NCBI GenBank assembly: GCA_030704615.1
Contig: CM060732.1
Coordinates: forward strand, 61,380,001-61,444,000
DNA from: Takakia lepidozioides
Lineage: Eukaryota; Plantae; Bryophyta
DNA length: 64,000 bases
Direction of reading: 5' to 3'
Within the stretch, counting starts at the first letter, position 1. Each line of letters starts with the position of its first letter. A model generated the notes under the pieces. That model did no database searches, was not told the DNA's origin, and saw nothing but the letters and a program-made list of their open reading frames with translations. A program made the translations under genes and the position numbers. Below are positions 36,112 to 50,246 of the stretch, piece by piece.

Positions 36112-39100
36112 TCATATTTGAAGGGTGCTGTATCTGCTCTGTTCATGTGGACTCAGTAACACATGCTTGGCATGCCACCCTTCTTTCTCCATGGCTGCCA
36201 GTAGAGACCTTACCCCAGCCTCTGCATGCCTGAGGCTCTCTCTCAATAAATCCTGCCATTGTCCACTTATGGCCTCTTCCTGATATCGCTCACCTGGAGG
36301 ACCCCCCCCCCGGCCCCAACCCTCAAACTCTCTTTCAGTGTATTGTACTGGTAGTCCTTCGGCTATAGAACCAGGTTCCTGACATTATCCAATGGAAGCC
36401 AATGTTCATTCTTCACCAGATTGGAAGTCTCAAAAGCCTTTAGAGGGAGTAAGCTGCAATGCACTGGGCCCACCAGCTCTCCCCAAGGGTCCCCAATGAC
36501 AACGTCTAGGCTCTTTACACACTGACATGAGTCCATATTGCATTCATTACTCATTCACTCACCCCAGTTGGTCTCAGTGGGTCAAGAGGACAAGCTTACA
36601 AGTTATCTGCCCAACTCACAATTGCATGGACTCCTGAGACTGAAGCAAATTTGGCCATCTTACAGCTAGCTGCATCATGTGGGTAATGTCCTCATGATAA
36701 ATCTACCATTGACCGGAGATGTACGGAGAGGTGTTGTCAGCATAGCAAAAACTCGGCTGTGCCAACTTCTTATCACCAAGATCCATGGAGAGTCCTTGAT
36801 ATTTGTCCACATTTACGACAGGTGTGCCCCCAATGCGCCCCGCCAAGAATTAGGACAGTATGTACTCCCCCAACACCTTCCATATTCTCCCTATTTCATT
36901 GTGGATAGATGGTTTAAGCAAATATCAGTACCACTCATAGCTCGAACACTTATTTACCTCCTGTCCTAGAAAAATATTAATGAGTGGCACACTTACCAGT
37001 TTGAGAAACGCCTCTTGTAATCAGGAACCGTACATAGCTCGCCTGCCACAACCAAGGAGGGAAGAGAAGGATGCACGTCAAAAGCCAACAGAATATGAAA
37101 CAAAGTATGGAATCAAGTTTATAGTCAGCAAGCAGATAGGTTACAGATTGGCATTTCTGAATCAAGTGACATTTCTAAGCAGATTCTGTATACTCAATTA
37201 TTCCGGGAGAACATACTTGCCTGCAATACAGCTTTTATGATATCTTCAGCCACTGCACTTTCGTGTAACCATATAAGCAACCCTGGCTGGAAATTAAGAC
37301 ATACAACATAAGCCAAAAACAGAAGGATCAAATGCTGTGATCCAATAATAAGAGCCTCACTGAAATTGAGTCTATATTCAAGTAGATCTGAAATGACTCT
37401 AGTAAGATCAAATCAAGATGCAGCAATCACTACCTGGGAGAGGCTTCGATGGCCAAGCCAAGGTAAAGAGAAGAAAGGCTCAGAGCACAGTGTGTATCGC
37501 TGTGTTTTCTGACAATCGATAGTGCTCATCAAATATTGAGGTGTTCCAAACCGCAGTGGTAGGGCCCCAATCCGCAGGGGCAATCGCCTGTTGCCACCTG
37601 GCATCACCTCCACGACGCATCTGTAAGCTCCAGAAGAGCCCATTACCATTTATTTTCAGAGAATAAAATGGGCATTGTATATAGAACATTCTCACTGAAG
37701 AGTACTGAGGTCATTGAGACCTAAATTTAAGTGAAATAAATGTTTGCATGACAAAAGCCATCCCCACCACAGGGCATCTGTAAGCTCCACCACATTCACA
37801 TCTTTGTTGGGACAATGCACCACAGTGAAAAAGGGGACAGAAGAAGTAGCAGAAGAATTTGACTGCCGGTATAGTTTGGATTTCAGTCAAGAATGCATGT
37901 TCAATTAGCTAAGCCACCAGCTTACTCAATGTGTATTTGGAAAAACAAAACTTATTGACCCTTCAATATCCAGGCAAAACGACATAAATTCACCTCCATA
38001 TTCAACTGTACATTGCTAACCGATGGGTAGCATTGAATGAGATTGACAAAGATTAATGACCTCCGAAGACACTAAAATTTCAACCAACAAATACTCCAGA
38101 AAAGAACCAGAGAAAATACCACCATAAGGACGCAAAAGTGACTGGCCTTCAACCTTGCTGACTTCTTCAACTGAAGGTACTCGGCAATTGCTCACCCACT
38201 GATCTGCTATGATCTCCAACCTCTCCTGCACTCCCCCAGTTTAAAATGTTTTCTAGCTTAGGACAAAGCGGAACAAAAGCAATAGGTCAATGTAGCCTAG
38301 ATGCAACAATTATCTGATTAAAAAATAGAGGCAAATAATGATTTTGGATTATGTAAGCAAAGCTGCTAATTATGTCCCTCTCTGCAACTTGGAAGTTAAA
38401 AAGGCAGTTACCTTGTTCAAGGTTTGAAGATGAACAGCCTGAAGCTGATGATAAATTGCAAAGAGATCCAGCAGAGACAACACAGGGAAAATAACAACTG
38501 GAAGCATATTCTCAATCCTGCCAACCAGAACCACAGGAAGTCATGGAGGGTTCTTTGCACATTTTTCCTGTCAGGAGAGATAATAGGGAAAACAAGAGCA
38601 AGTAAACTATAACACATTTCACTCCTAGATCTCTTGTGCTCTGTATTACAGGGTCCCTGATAAAGTGACCCGTGTAATCATTACACTTGACTTGCTCTAG
38701 CCCACACCCAATAAACCCTTCCCGATCATGCTAGCCACAGGAAGGTGTGGTAAGATAATTCAAAGCAGTTTCTTCCTTGGTAATGAACCTTTTGGAAGTA
38801 TTTTTGCAGGATACTTGGCCAAAGTGTGACCTGTTAGCCCATGTCACTTCTGTCATGAAGCAAGACCAGCTAAGCATCGTAGGCTTGGACGGCCTTTACT
38901 GGTAAGAGCAAGAGAGAGGAAAAGAGAGAGGAAAAGAGAGAGACCCTTCGTGATTCATTTGGAGTGTCAAATCTTGTTCATTTGTGAACAGGCATATGAA
39001 TGTATTCCTTTTCAATTTGCCAGTAGAGAGGAAGATGGTTACCTTGGGTGATATCTGCAAAAGTGGCTTATACAAACAGCCACAGCAAGTCCCAAGTTGT

Positions 39101-42100
39101 CTGCCACCACATTCTGTGCCTGAAACCCCATAATCAGTTTTTGTAAGACTAGGATCTCTAGTGAAACATAATCCTGTGTAAGCTCTTGCATACTGTGCCT
39201 CTTAGTCTGAATGAACTGAAATAATCCAAAAACCATGAGGAGGGCCAGAAATGTTACAGAACAAGCCCCCTGTAGAACTGCCAGAAACTGACCAATCCCA
39301 TCCAACGTATAGCTAACTGTTGTCTGCCCGGAATAACAAACTGTAAACATCTAGCCATAGACCTACTCCCTTTCAAGATTACAAAATTAAGAAACGATCC
39401 CAACCTGGCCCTTTGCAGAGATGTCTGCCAGGTTATCAGCCAGTGCAAAGCTTTTATGTATTGCTGACTGCCAATCACACCAATTGGAATTAACAACGAC
39501 GACATATTGAAAGAAGAAAGCTTCTGCACTATACTAACCGTCACCCTCGTCCTAGCTGTGAACATACCAAAAAGTGTCCATCAAGAACCCCAGCTTCAGC
39601 TAACACTTTCTAAAAATGTCTACTTCATGATCCGCGTGTGCTTACATTGGTTGTGTCTGGATGTCGCATACGTCAGTCAACCAGTGAATTGCTCGATGAA
39701 GGTTGAAGTCTTAGACTCTTTTGATGCAAAATATGTTTGTCTCTGTTTGTTTGAGTCTATCTTGCCACAAATGAAGGAGAAAGGAGGAGTTGCGCACACT
39801 TGTGGCCAGGTAGGCAGCAAAGCTGATGGACTTTCCGACGTTGGCAAGAGTTGCTAGAATGAGAAAATGGCGAGGAAAGACAGATGTAAGAATCTCCAGT
39901 CCCAGGCTCAAACAGAACAGCACCGAGGTTGAAAATCGCACTCTCTGTTTCCCCACCCATAAGATGTAAAAAGTGAAAAAGACAAATCTCCTTTGCAAAC
40001 CAAATCTTATATAAGCCATAAATCCTACTGCAGTCTAAGAAAATGTTAGTACTAACATTACACCTACTTTCAGAATTTGGAGCATATCATATTTAAAGAA
40101 TCAAATTGAACACCTTATACCTTAAAGCTGCTGCGGATCATAATTTGTTTGTATGGGCATGACGTTGTGGGTATGTGTATAACACAGGAAAAAAGAGAAT
40201 CTGCAAAGTCAAAGTAAAGCCAGCCCTAGAAAGTTGCAACCTTCAGGTTGGAGTCAAAGGTATGGCCAAGGCTGGCAGTATAGGTAAGCTTGCCAAGACG
40301 GCCAAGCCCATCCTTCAGCACCCAATTGAGAGCTGCAGCAGATGGAAGCGCACGCCATGCTCCCACTCCCACTGCCCGCAACATTGCCTGTTGCCATTTG
40401 TAGACTACACAATCGAATTTAGGGTGCATACAAAAATATCAAACAGGCTGCAATGGATCTGTTTTGTAGAGTTGATGACAAGTGAAAATATGCCAGTAAT
40501 ATGATCATAGCATAACAAATATACAACGCAACCCCTTGTTGCTGTCCACATCAAAACTAGACAAAAGACAATCATGTAGTGCCCAGCCATTGCTTCAGGA
40601 AACCCCTCTCACACCATGGATGACTAAACGCTAATTCCTCTCACTAAGAAAGAGACCATTGTAAACCAGCATAAAATCCAAACAACAAAACATCCACCTA
40701 AATAGAAAGAACTTCAGGAGTCCAGGTGTACTGAACTTCAACTGAAACAAAGAACGTGTGTAACAAAAAAGAATGATCTCCGGTGATTCCTCTATTTCCT
40801 CCTGTCCGGTTTGGAACCCATTCCAAGCCATATTACAGTTGATGAGAGGCAACTGTGATAGAGTTCAGTGATTGCTGCTCCTCACAGTGTCCGTCAAAGA
40901 GATGCTTGTGACTTTTCATGGACATCTCTTCACAACCATTGATCAGTTTCAAGAAAACAAAGAGAACATCGTAGAGCCACTCCACACAAAAGGATGTCTA
41001 AAACAAGGAAACCATTGTTTAATCATCCCAACACACCACCATAATGCTCCATAGTGTACTGTAGCTACAGCCTCAATGGCAGTTGCAGGGGACACACAAA
41101 GCACCTAGTGCAACACAACTCTTTGACCTTCTTGATGCCTTTGCCCATAACCAACGACAGTTAATTCGAAGACGTCTCACATACCCAAGAAAGACTGAAG
41201 CAGCATCAGCGGTCAAGCATGCGGGTGCAAATTGTGAGACAACATCTGGGAAAGTTTGAGGAATAAGCAGAAGAAGGAGCTGATTTCAACGGCGTATGAC
41301 CTAGGACTTGTTAATTATATATTGATAAGTATCGAGTTATCTCCATACTTACAATTGAAGGTGGCCAAAGATTAGTTCTGAGAAGATCTTATCTAAGGTA
41401 AGAGGGATTTCAGAAGAGAAAACCTGAAACAAACAGCAAAGAACAGAAAATTAGAGACAAGAAACAAGAAAAGAGGGAGAAAAAGAAGCAAGGACAAAAT
41501 AGACACTGATACAAACAAAACAACCAACACGGAGTCATCTTGAACCCGTCAGCTGAGAATTGCGGTATAGACTTGGTGACAGTCTCTCACCCATCCATGG
41601 ACTTGTTAATCATGTCCATCCAGGGCTGCGACGCATTTATTCAGAAAGAACCGTCCAGACTTGTGAAACCAACAATATATACGTGTGCACATACGAAGGG
41701 AGGGGTGATGGGAGAACCTGCGTGCACTGGACATGAAGGAGGGAGCTAAAAAACCGATGAATAACCTTCCAACGCAAATACATCATGTATTGCGGGCGCA
41801 CTTGATCGGGGACAAATGTGGAATGCAGAGCTCTGCCAATTTGGGCTACCCTATCCTCAAACCAGTCCCCTAGTCCACGCCCACTATTTCTGCGACTCTG
41901 ATACTCCAAATCCACCGTCCACAGGCGCTTCCCGTCCCACACATACTGCAATTTCCGGCCTCCCTTATGAAGCAACACCGGGAGCCTGTGTATGTCTCCT
42001 CCCTGCAGCCGATCCTTCCCGCCTCGCCAAGCCACAGATAGTCCCTCAAGAAAACCATCGAGGTTGAGTTTCCGTCCCGCTTTGGCCACTACTTGTCCCC

Positions 42101-42212
42101 CTTGCCTGAGCACGTCACATTTCACATTCCTAGAGCATTGCAGCTTGCCCAGAGCGAAACGACCCGTGAAATCACAGCAAACATCTTGTCCAGAGACGAG
42201 AGCGACAACCAT
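36112..42212 (-). CDS. RUS4: ROOT UVB SENSITIVE family protein (DUF647), RUS4-like, ~11 exons
   Basis: Exons: 42212-41718; 40387-40241 (AMLRAVGVG...NWVLKDGLGRLGK...FDSNLK); ~39943-39800; ~39466-39404 (SAIHKSFALADNLADISAKGQ); ~39120-39043; ~38517-38411 (HLQTLNK); ~38225-38123 (ERLEIIADQW); ~37620-37434; 37286-37221; 37042-36997; 36293-36112 (EGWHAKHVLLSPHEQSRY). Confidence 0.88.
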
Positions 42213-42428
42213 TTAGCGTATCTGAGGTTACCCCAGGGATCCCCAATACCCTTTCCTTGAAAACCATCACCCTCTTCCACACCCTCAAACCCTCTTCCAC
42301 ATCCTCCACAAACCCTGGTCTCGGAAACCCTAAAACCTTCAAACTGTGATTTCATCCGTCCACGAAGCATTTCGTCGCAAGGATGCCATGTTCTTGTGAT
42401 GGATGATATATGGATGTCTTAGTCTTAG

Positions 42429-42908
42429 CATGGATGAACAATCCTTCATGGACGAAACACCTCCTCATCCACGTGGACGACTCGATGCTAAAGCAACGGC
42501 TGAAAATCTGGATGGTGATGTTTCTCTTTCTGTCCCTTTTTACTTAAGTTTCCCTGTCCCTATCCCTGTTTCCCTTTCTATTTATTTTAGAATTTAAAAA
42601 AATAGTATAGACGTCTGAGAGTCTAGACAAAACACGTCACCTGGAATCAGGGATCCAGATGCCAAAGATCCCGTTATCATGGATGAACACTCCTTCATGG
42701 ACGAAACACATCCTCATCCACGTGGACGACTCGATGCTACATCAACGGCTGAAAATCTGGAGGGTGATGTTTCTCTTTCTGTGGAACTGTCCCTGTTTCC
42801 CTCTCCCTATCCCTGTTTCCCTTTCTATTTGTTTTCAAATTTAAAAAAATAGTATAGACGTCTAGACCAAACACGTCATCTGGAATCAGGGATCCAGATG
42901 CCAAAGAT
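42429..42908. repeat. Tandem duplication (2 x ~240 bp) in the RUS4/PSS1 divergent promoter
   Basis: Units ~42429-42669 and ~42678-42908, each running CATGGATGAACA...CCACGTGGACGACTCGATGCTA...GGAATCAGGGATCCAGATGCCAAAGAT. Confidence 0.92.
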
Positions 42909-43469
42909 ACCGCAATTGATGAATCAAAATAGGCGACGTGTTCTTCCAGTACTTGGCATCTGGATGTCGTGTCCGCCCGAGAAGAGGGAAGGAGGAAGAG
43001 AGAGGAAGGGGGGCTGGCGCTGCTGAACAATTCATGCAGGTTGCTGTTGGTGTTGCATTCTTGTGTGAGGAGTAGGTAGCTTTGTGTGAAGCTGGAATTT
43101 GATGAGGGAGATTATGTCGTCTGCTTTACGATTGATGTTGATGTTCGTACGTCGGTGAATTTGAGATTCTGCGCTCACTTGCTTGCATTTCTGTGGGGAG
43201 GAGGTTGAAGAGGGAGTGGATAGTGAGGGTGTATTTCTTTTTGGATAGCGAAAGGATTTTATTGCGATTGGGCTGTAGGTGCGTTCTCAATGGCTTGAGG
43301 AGAGTGACCTTGACAAGACTTGGCTGCAATGCGAAGATAATGTAGACGGATGCATCTTGGTCTTGAGACGCAAAATTTGCCTGCACTCATTTTTACTGTG
43401 GGATTCACTTGCGCAGAGAGAGAGGCTATCTTTTGTTTGCGTAGAGGATTTTTTTAAGAAGAGAGAGGG

Positions 43470-46400
43470 ATGGGAAGGGAAGTAAGGCATGTTGAGCCTG
43501 TCAGCGAAAGCGAGATTGAGGTCGACACCGCTCCAATTGATGAGAGGCAGGAAGTGACAGAGGCATGGGATTACACTGACCGGGAAGACTTCGACGGGTA
43601 TGAGAAGAGCTTAGACAAGGAGGATATCGAAAGTAGGGCGTGGAGCCTCATGCGTGACCTGGATCCATGGACCGCGTGGGCATACAAGCCCCGTACTGTA
43701 ACAGTCCTTCTGCTGGGAGCTTGTCTTCTGGTGTAAGTACTTCAATATTAATATGACAGTGAATTCGAGTTCGTTTGGTTTTCTACGATAATTTCCTACG
43801 ATTTTTCTGAGAATTATTTGATATTCATGTGGAATGTGGGTTGAGGTAGCTCAGTAGTGTTGGCTCTCCTTTTTCATTCGCGATGCTAGCCTTGAATCTT
43901 CACCGCCTGTTACATATTCTTAAGAACCGTAAAGGTGAAATGTTTTAGTGCAACCGTAAATTATCCTATGCGTCTCAGAGATGGATGCCCACCATCACTC
44001 TGAGGTTCATTTTGGGCTGATCATCACCTGACAGAAGCTTCTTCTGGCAGAAGGCCTCATTCACTAAAAGGAAACTAGGTTGAGTGACTGCTGGATAATT
44101 GCACTGGTGAAAATACCACGTATATTTGGCAACCTGAGAACCCTAGCTGCAGATTTCAACACTGGAGTGCCTTTGCCATGGAAGCTTTGAATCCATCCAA
44201 GCAATAGAAAAAACCCTTGACGAGAGCATTCACATCTCCCTGTACACTGCACTAAAAGGATCACAATTGTTCAAAGATGCTAGTTTATATAGCTATAATT
44301 TAGGTAAGCTTTGCGATGTCCACACTGATATAGCTTTGAGCGAGTAGCTGATTTTGATAGCTGATATTGAACTGAACCATTCAGTCAGAGTTGCTGACAA
44401 TCATGGTGATGACTTTTTCTAAACCTATGCAGTTGCTGATTAATTTTTCAACTTTGTTATTTCAAACAATACTGATGCATGTCTTATAGAGCCATATTTT
44501 TAAGCGAGAAATTGGCACTGATGACCTCAGTTTATGTGTGTGGTGTTAATGTCTTCAGGTGGGCAAGTGGGGCCCTTCAATCTGGGGAGGTAGACAAAGA
44601 CACTGTCACAAACACCAAAGCGTGAGTTGTTCTTCTGTATATCCGTGAGTGTTCCCACTGGTTTCTCTCAGGTGGCAACTTCGTTTATTAGTTTGCCATC
44701 AAATGTCCTGTATGTTCAAGGATGGAGAAAGAGCCAGAGGGATCAGGCAGTTCTTGAGTGTTGTTACAAAGAACGTATCCACATTCCAGGAAAGAGAGAG
44801 AGATAGAGAGAGAGGATGTACTATAAGACGTTGTTTGCCGCCCTGCGCTCAGTTTAGCGCAACCCAGAAGGACAGAAACTACCTTTGTCAGGGGGGCTGA
44901 CGCCGGTAGTATGACATACCTTGGAACAGACTATTAATCCGATTTTTCGAGATATCCTCTAGAAATCCCTTCACACAAGCATCAATCTGTTGTGTGTGGT
45001 TTGCCCAATAACTAGGCCCCAAAAGGGCCTGGGCTTTTGGCTCAGCCTCGAGACTTTCAAAGTTGGTAACAGAGGTTCAGGCACAATTCCCTTGATGGAT
45101 TTGAGTGGGCGTCTCTCATGAGGGTACCCAGGACAATGAATCAGAAAATGAGTATTGCCTTCAGGTTGCCCACACAACGGGCAAGTGCGATCCCTCTTTC
45201 CTCTCTGCATCTGTTTGCTGTTCAAAGGTAGGCTTCCCGCCCCGAGTTTAAATTTCAGTCTAGTGCCGAGGGTGGGTAAATCCTTGAGGTCATCCATGAT
45301 GGCTCTCCCATGGCACACACTAGAAACAAGTTCAGGGAAGTTTTCTGCCTAACTTCATTTTCATCAGACAATTTCCTGGCAACAGACATGGCTTTGGATA
45401 CTACAGCCTCTAAGTCAGATTTATCCAACAGGGTCAAGACTTGCGGGCTTAGAATCAGATCCTTGAGAATCTCTTCTCCTCTCTTCCGCGAGGACTTAGA
45501 CTGTTTGACAGGGCGATCCTGCTTCCAAGATACAGAGTCGGTTCACTTAGGATATCTGATATTAGACGTATGTTGCAGCTGACCCCACCATCTGACCTTG
45601 AATTTATCTTGTCGGGAGCTTAAGGAAGGGATGCCAAACTCACCCCCAACAGCCACGTTGGCTGTTTTGGAGCATGCTGACATGCACAGAGAGAGAGAAT
45701 GTACTCATAAGACGTTGTTTGCCGTAGCCTTGTGGCCACTGACATGCACAGAGAGAGAGAGAGAGAGCAAGAGAGCAAGTTCTCATGGCTGTTGATGTGA
45801 TCGGGTGGGGCTTCCAGAGGCGTCTGGGCAATGATTGCAGTCTTTCTGGGCTACTGCTTGCTTCAGGCTCCCTCCACGTATGTAACACGTAGACCATAGT
45901 CATCATGTCTCTGACATCAAGTTTTGCAGCAGATTTCAATGGAACCAAGAAGTTAGTGGAAGCACCATCATGTGCCAGTGTTAGCCTCATGTATCCAAGG
46001 TTTAAGAAACAGAGAACATTCAGAGCCACAAATTTTTGTTCTAAGAATGTCAATATGAACAGACACTTGTGGAGTAAATTCTAATCCTAACTGCACTACC
46101 GATTTCGTTTTGCAGGATACTAATAAGACCACACCCAGCTTTCTGGCGCTTGGTTCATGGAATTGCAGTGGTCTATCTGGTCTTCCTCACCTTTCTCCTT
46201 TTCCAGGCGAGCCATTTCACTCTCTAGTGCATCTGACTTATCCCACTGGTTGCTACTGAGAGGACCCAGCAAGCATCTTGTCCTTGCATGTTTTTGTCTG
46301 TGGTCCTTCACATCAACATTGCTCATGGCCTTTTGTGGCTCTTAGAATTACTTGCTCTTCCATATGGGGCCACAATGTACCTTGGAGTCTTGAGGAGACA

Positions 46401-49400
46401 GGGTAATTCTTGGTGGTTTGCATCCAGACATGGTGATTCTGATAATCCAAAGATCTTGTAATTGCAGAAGTCGTCTCCCTGAGCTTTTGCTTGTTTTGTG
46501 TTTTGCTCTACTTCAGTCAGGTATTGTTTTGGCTGTGTCCTCGATTGCTTTCTTAGCTAACAATGTCTGTATTGCACAGAAACGTGACGATGCCCGTCAA
46601 GTCCTTAGGTTTCTCCATCCAGATCTTGGCATTGGTACATCCCTGATGCATTTTTCGATCTGCCCAACCACATCCATATTTTGGCACTCATCTTTTGTAC
46701 CTCAGTCATTATTCCATACCTACTGAATTTTTCTTATCCTCTTATCAATTATGCAGCGACAGCATTTAGCCTTGTCCATATCTGTTCCTCTGTCACTTCA
46801 GGTTGGAAGCTAGCATCTAGTGAGCCTTGCTCTTGGATTTGATAGTATTGTTGCAGGTTTGCTCTTGGCAGCATGACTTAATGGCTTGCGTAGCATCCTT
46901 GGCAGTTATACTCAATATTTTTTCTGTTGAGGGTTCATGATGCTCTGAGGGGAGGGGAGATCAAGGGGACACAAAGGGAGAAAGTGAAGCGAGGAATGGA
47001 AGTACAGAAACTGATAACTTAAACATGTATGGTACTTGCACAGAGCTGCCTGAAAGGTCGTACGGAGCAGACTGCCGAATCTACACTCCAGAAAAGAAGA
47101 ACAAGTTTGCCAATGTCTACGTGAGTATTTAATGGGCCAAGAGAAAATCATGATTGGATTTGCAGAAGACTTAGCTGTGAAGGATCAATTCTTAGTATTG
47201 TGATGCTGTGTTTCTCTGAACATCCTTGGTGATCTGGTCAACATAACCTGGTTTGTGTGCAATGGGGATAATCTTTGGTCATCAATGTGTTTTATTCCTC
47301 ATCTCATAGACACAAGCATTGAGATGGATGCAGGATACGTTGTTTGATGAGTTTGTACTGGCACATATCCTGGGCTGGTGGGGGAAGGCCATTATGGTCC
47401 GCAACCTGCCCCTCTTGTGGGTGCTCTCCATTGGCTTTGAGATGATGGAGGTAGGTACCCTTTGTGTTGCATACACACACACACCTCTCTCTCTCTCTCT
47501 CTCTCAACTAATTAGGCAATCAGGCAAATGTCTTTAGAGTCATTCTCTAAACTAATTAGCCCTGGTGGGTGCGAACCCCAAAACAGGCTCCAGGAGGTTT
47601 AGTTCCCACAGGATCAATGGCCATAAGGCTATGGTAAGCTAATGTTCACAGGGACAGCATGAGTAAATTCTCTCTGAACTAATTGTTTATTATTACAGTA
47701 AGTCCCACTACTGGAGAGTGAGTCTCTCACAAAGCTAGTGTCTGTTGCCTTTGGTTCCGCCCAAAATGGGCACGGGGTCTATGGCTGCAAGGCTAGGCTC
47801 CTCCCTTTTGGTAGAGCTGCCTACTTAATTTTCGCCACCAGTGGGACAATATGGTGAACCACAAATAGCCTCCTCCCTTTAGGCAGAGCCGCCTACCCTT
47901 GGGCTCAGATTCTGGTCACCAATATTATAAGTGGGACATTTGTGGTGAGGTGGGTTTATGCAGGTAACCTTCAATCATATGCTCCCTAATTTCAACGAGT
48001 GCTGGTGGGATAGTATCATTCTCGATGTCTTGCTCTGCAACTGGTTTGGTGAGTTACTCCTTGTGCCATATGTTAAGGGAAAATTAAAATAATCCATGTC
48101 CTATAGTTGGGAAGCATCACTTCATCCATCTTCAATTTGAAAGTGGTACTCAACCTGCCCTGATGAGTGTTTGAATTGCAAGTTGTTACTCCAAAGACTT
48201 CCATATCATCGTGCTTCACAGAGTTGCTGAAACCAAAGATGCATGTTTGTCCTTCCTGAACATCCGTGTTAGAGGCGCAGGCTGAGAAGGTAGGTTTCTG
48301 ACCTTTTAGAAGGTAGGTTGGCATTGACTTTCATAGGTTGGTTCTATCCATGTCGGAACATAAGGGCTATTTGTTTAGCAGGTCATCCTCTACCTTTGAC
48401 TTAGGACTTTGGCTATGTTGCCCTGTGAACGGTAGATAGTTTGCTGTTGTTTGCCAGTAGGATCATTCTACCTCCTAACCAACTCACGACAAGGATGTAT
48501 TCCTTGTCTTCTACTTATCAAAAACAGAAAGTGATTATAGAAGTTTCTTGTGTACAGGCATTTGGGCAGGTATGAAAACAGTACGCTATTTTGATGGGAA
48601 GACATATGCGTGGGTGGGCCTTAGCCGCCAGCGCACTATAATTGGTAAGGTATGCGTCCTTGCTCTCCTCCTTTTACTGACTACATTTCCATTATAAAGG
48701 CAGACCCTTTTTAAATCTGGACAGTAACCCTACCTGTGTTGATGCAACTATTTTTGTCTTGGATGAATTTGGCATAGGGTCCAAATAGCAAGTAAGATGA
48801 ACTTCAGTGTGAGAGAAGGGGTCTACTGGAGCCCTTTACTTTACTGTATCCTACGCCAGAACAAAGATATGTCACCAAGGGTTATCACTGTAGAAACTCA
48901 GTAGCATGTAGACCAGATATATTGTACTTTGTGTGTGGGTGAGTTTTACAGCAAGTCATTTTCTAAGGTTACCCCATCATTTGGTCTCCTTTCCCTACTA
49001 CCTTTCGACAGGGATAGACATAAATATATGGCTGCTTTTGTGAAACTCACCTGCTAGTTACTAAGTAGCTTACCAGGTCCCTTCACAGGCAAGGTTTATA
49101 TTCTTCAGGCATTAGACCCATCCTTCATCTTCTTGGTTGCACACCAAGTCAAGTTATAGCAGGTACTAGTAGGTTGCTAACTCGGTCTATTCTGGCTACA
49201 TTTCAGGTTAAACGGACATTTGGGCAATTCACACCTGCCTATTGGGACAAGGACGAATGGAATCCAATGATGGGACCTGAACGTTTTGTGCAAGTGTTAG
49301 GGTTGGGAATCATGATCTTGATTGTGGAGGTGAATGCCTTCTTTCTCAAGTTCTGTTTGTGGGTACCACCTCCCAACCCACTCAATTCATACCGTCTCCT

Positions 49401-50246
49401 TATCTGGTGGCTCATTGCCAACCCTGGCATTCGGGAGTACAACACTTTTCTTCAGAAAAGGTTTGCCCTCCTTTTATTCCCACAACTACCTGCTCCCTGT
49501 CTCTCTCCACATTGTTCCGCCCAACTGGGTGCAGGGTCTATGGCCACAAGGCTACAGCAAACATCTTATGATTCTCTCTCTGTGTTTGGTAAGTGGGACA
49601 TCTCTCAAAGAGTCAGGGTCCTCCACATGTGTTGGATGAGGTCTTGGCAATTTGTTGGGACATTGAACTCTTGCCATTTCCAGTTTCTTGAGAGAGCATG
49701 ATGTTGACAGCTGGCAGGACAATTTCCTCCCTTGTATAGTCTTTGGCCCTTTGATCTTGTGTTTGATTCCCACCTCAATGTAGCATGTCTAACTGTATGG
49801 AGCATGTCTAATTTGGCTGCAGAAAACCCATCAAGAAGCTTGGTGCTTTCTGCTGGCTAGCTCTCGCAATTTGTATTGTGGAAGTGCTTATATGTGTGAA
49901 ATTTGGACGAGGTACTGTTCCTGCAATACCTTCTTTTTTCTCTAAAAGATTCGAGTTTTGTGCTGTTGAAGTAGGATTATAGCCTCAATCTCAGGCCAAA
50001 TGTGCGGTCCATCTTTCATGGTTCTGGCTGTCCGTGTTGGTTATGCAAGCTTTTATCGCAAGGACTCTACTAAGCAGAAGCCCTGGTCTGTGTTCAGGTC
50101 TCTATCCAAAACCAATGCCTTTCTGGATCTTCTGGTTCTGGATATCAACTGGGATTGGACTCCTCTTGTTCCTCTGTGGCTGGACATTCAAAATCTATGC
50201 TGATGGTCTAGAGGTTGAAGAATCTGATGTTAAGAAGTTGTCGTAA
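43470..50246 (+). CDS. PSS1: Phosphatidylserine synthase (base-exchange type, PSS1), ~12 exons
   Basis: Exons encode [55 protein letters not shown]...[83 protein letters not shown] and [10 protein letters not shown]..., with the stop at 50246. Confidence 0.93.
44841..45690 (-). mobile_element. 5'-truncated non-LTR retrotransposon (LINE ORF2 C-terminus) in PSS1 intron 2
   Basis: Disrupted frame [21 protein letters not shown] and [12 protein letters not shown]...[24 protein letters not shown] (C-terminal CCHC knuckle). Flanked by the 18-bp direct repeat ATAAGACGTTGTTTGCCG (44823-40, 45707-24). Confidence 0.8.
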
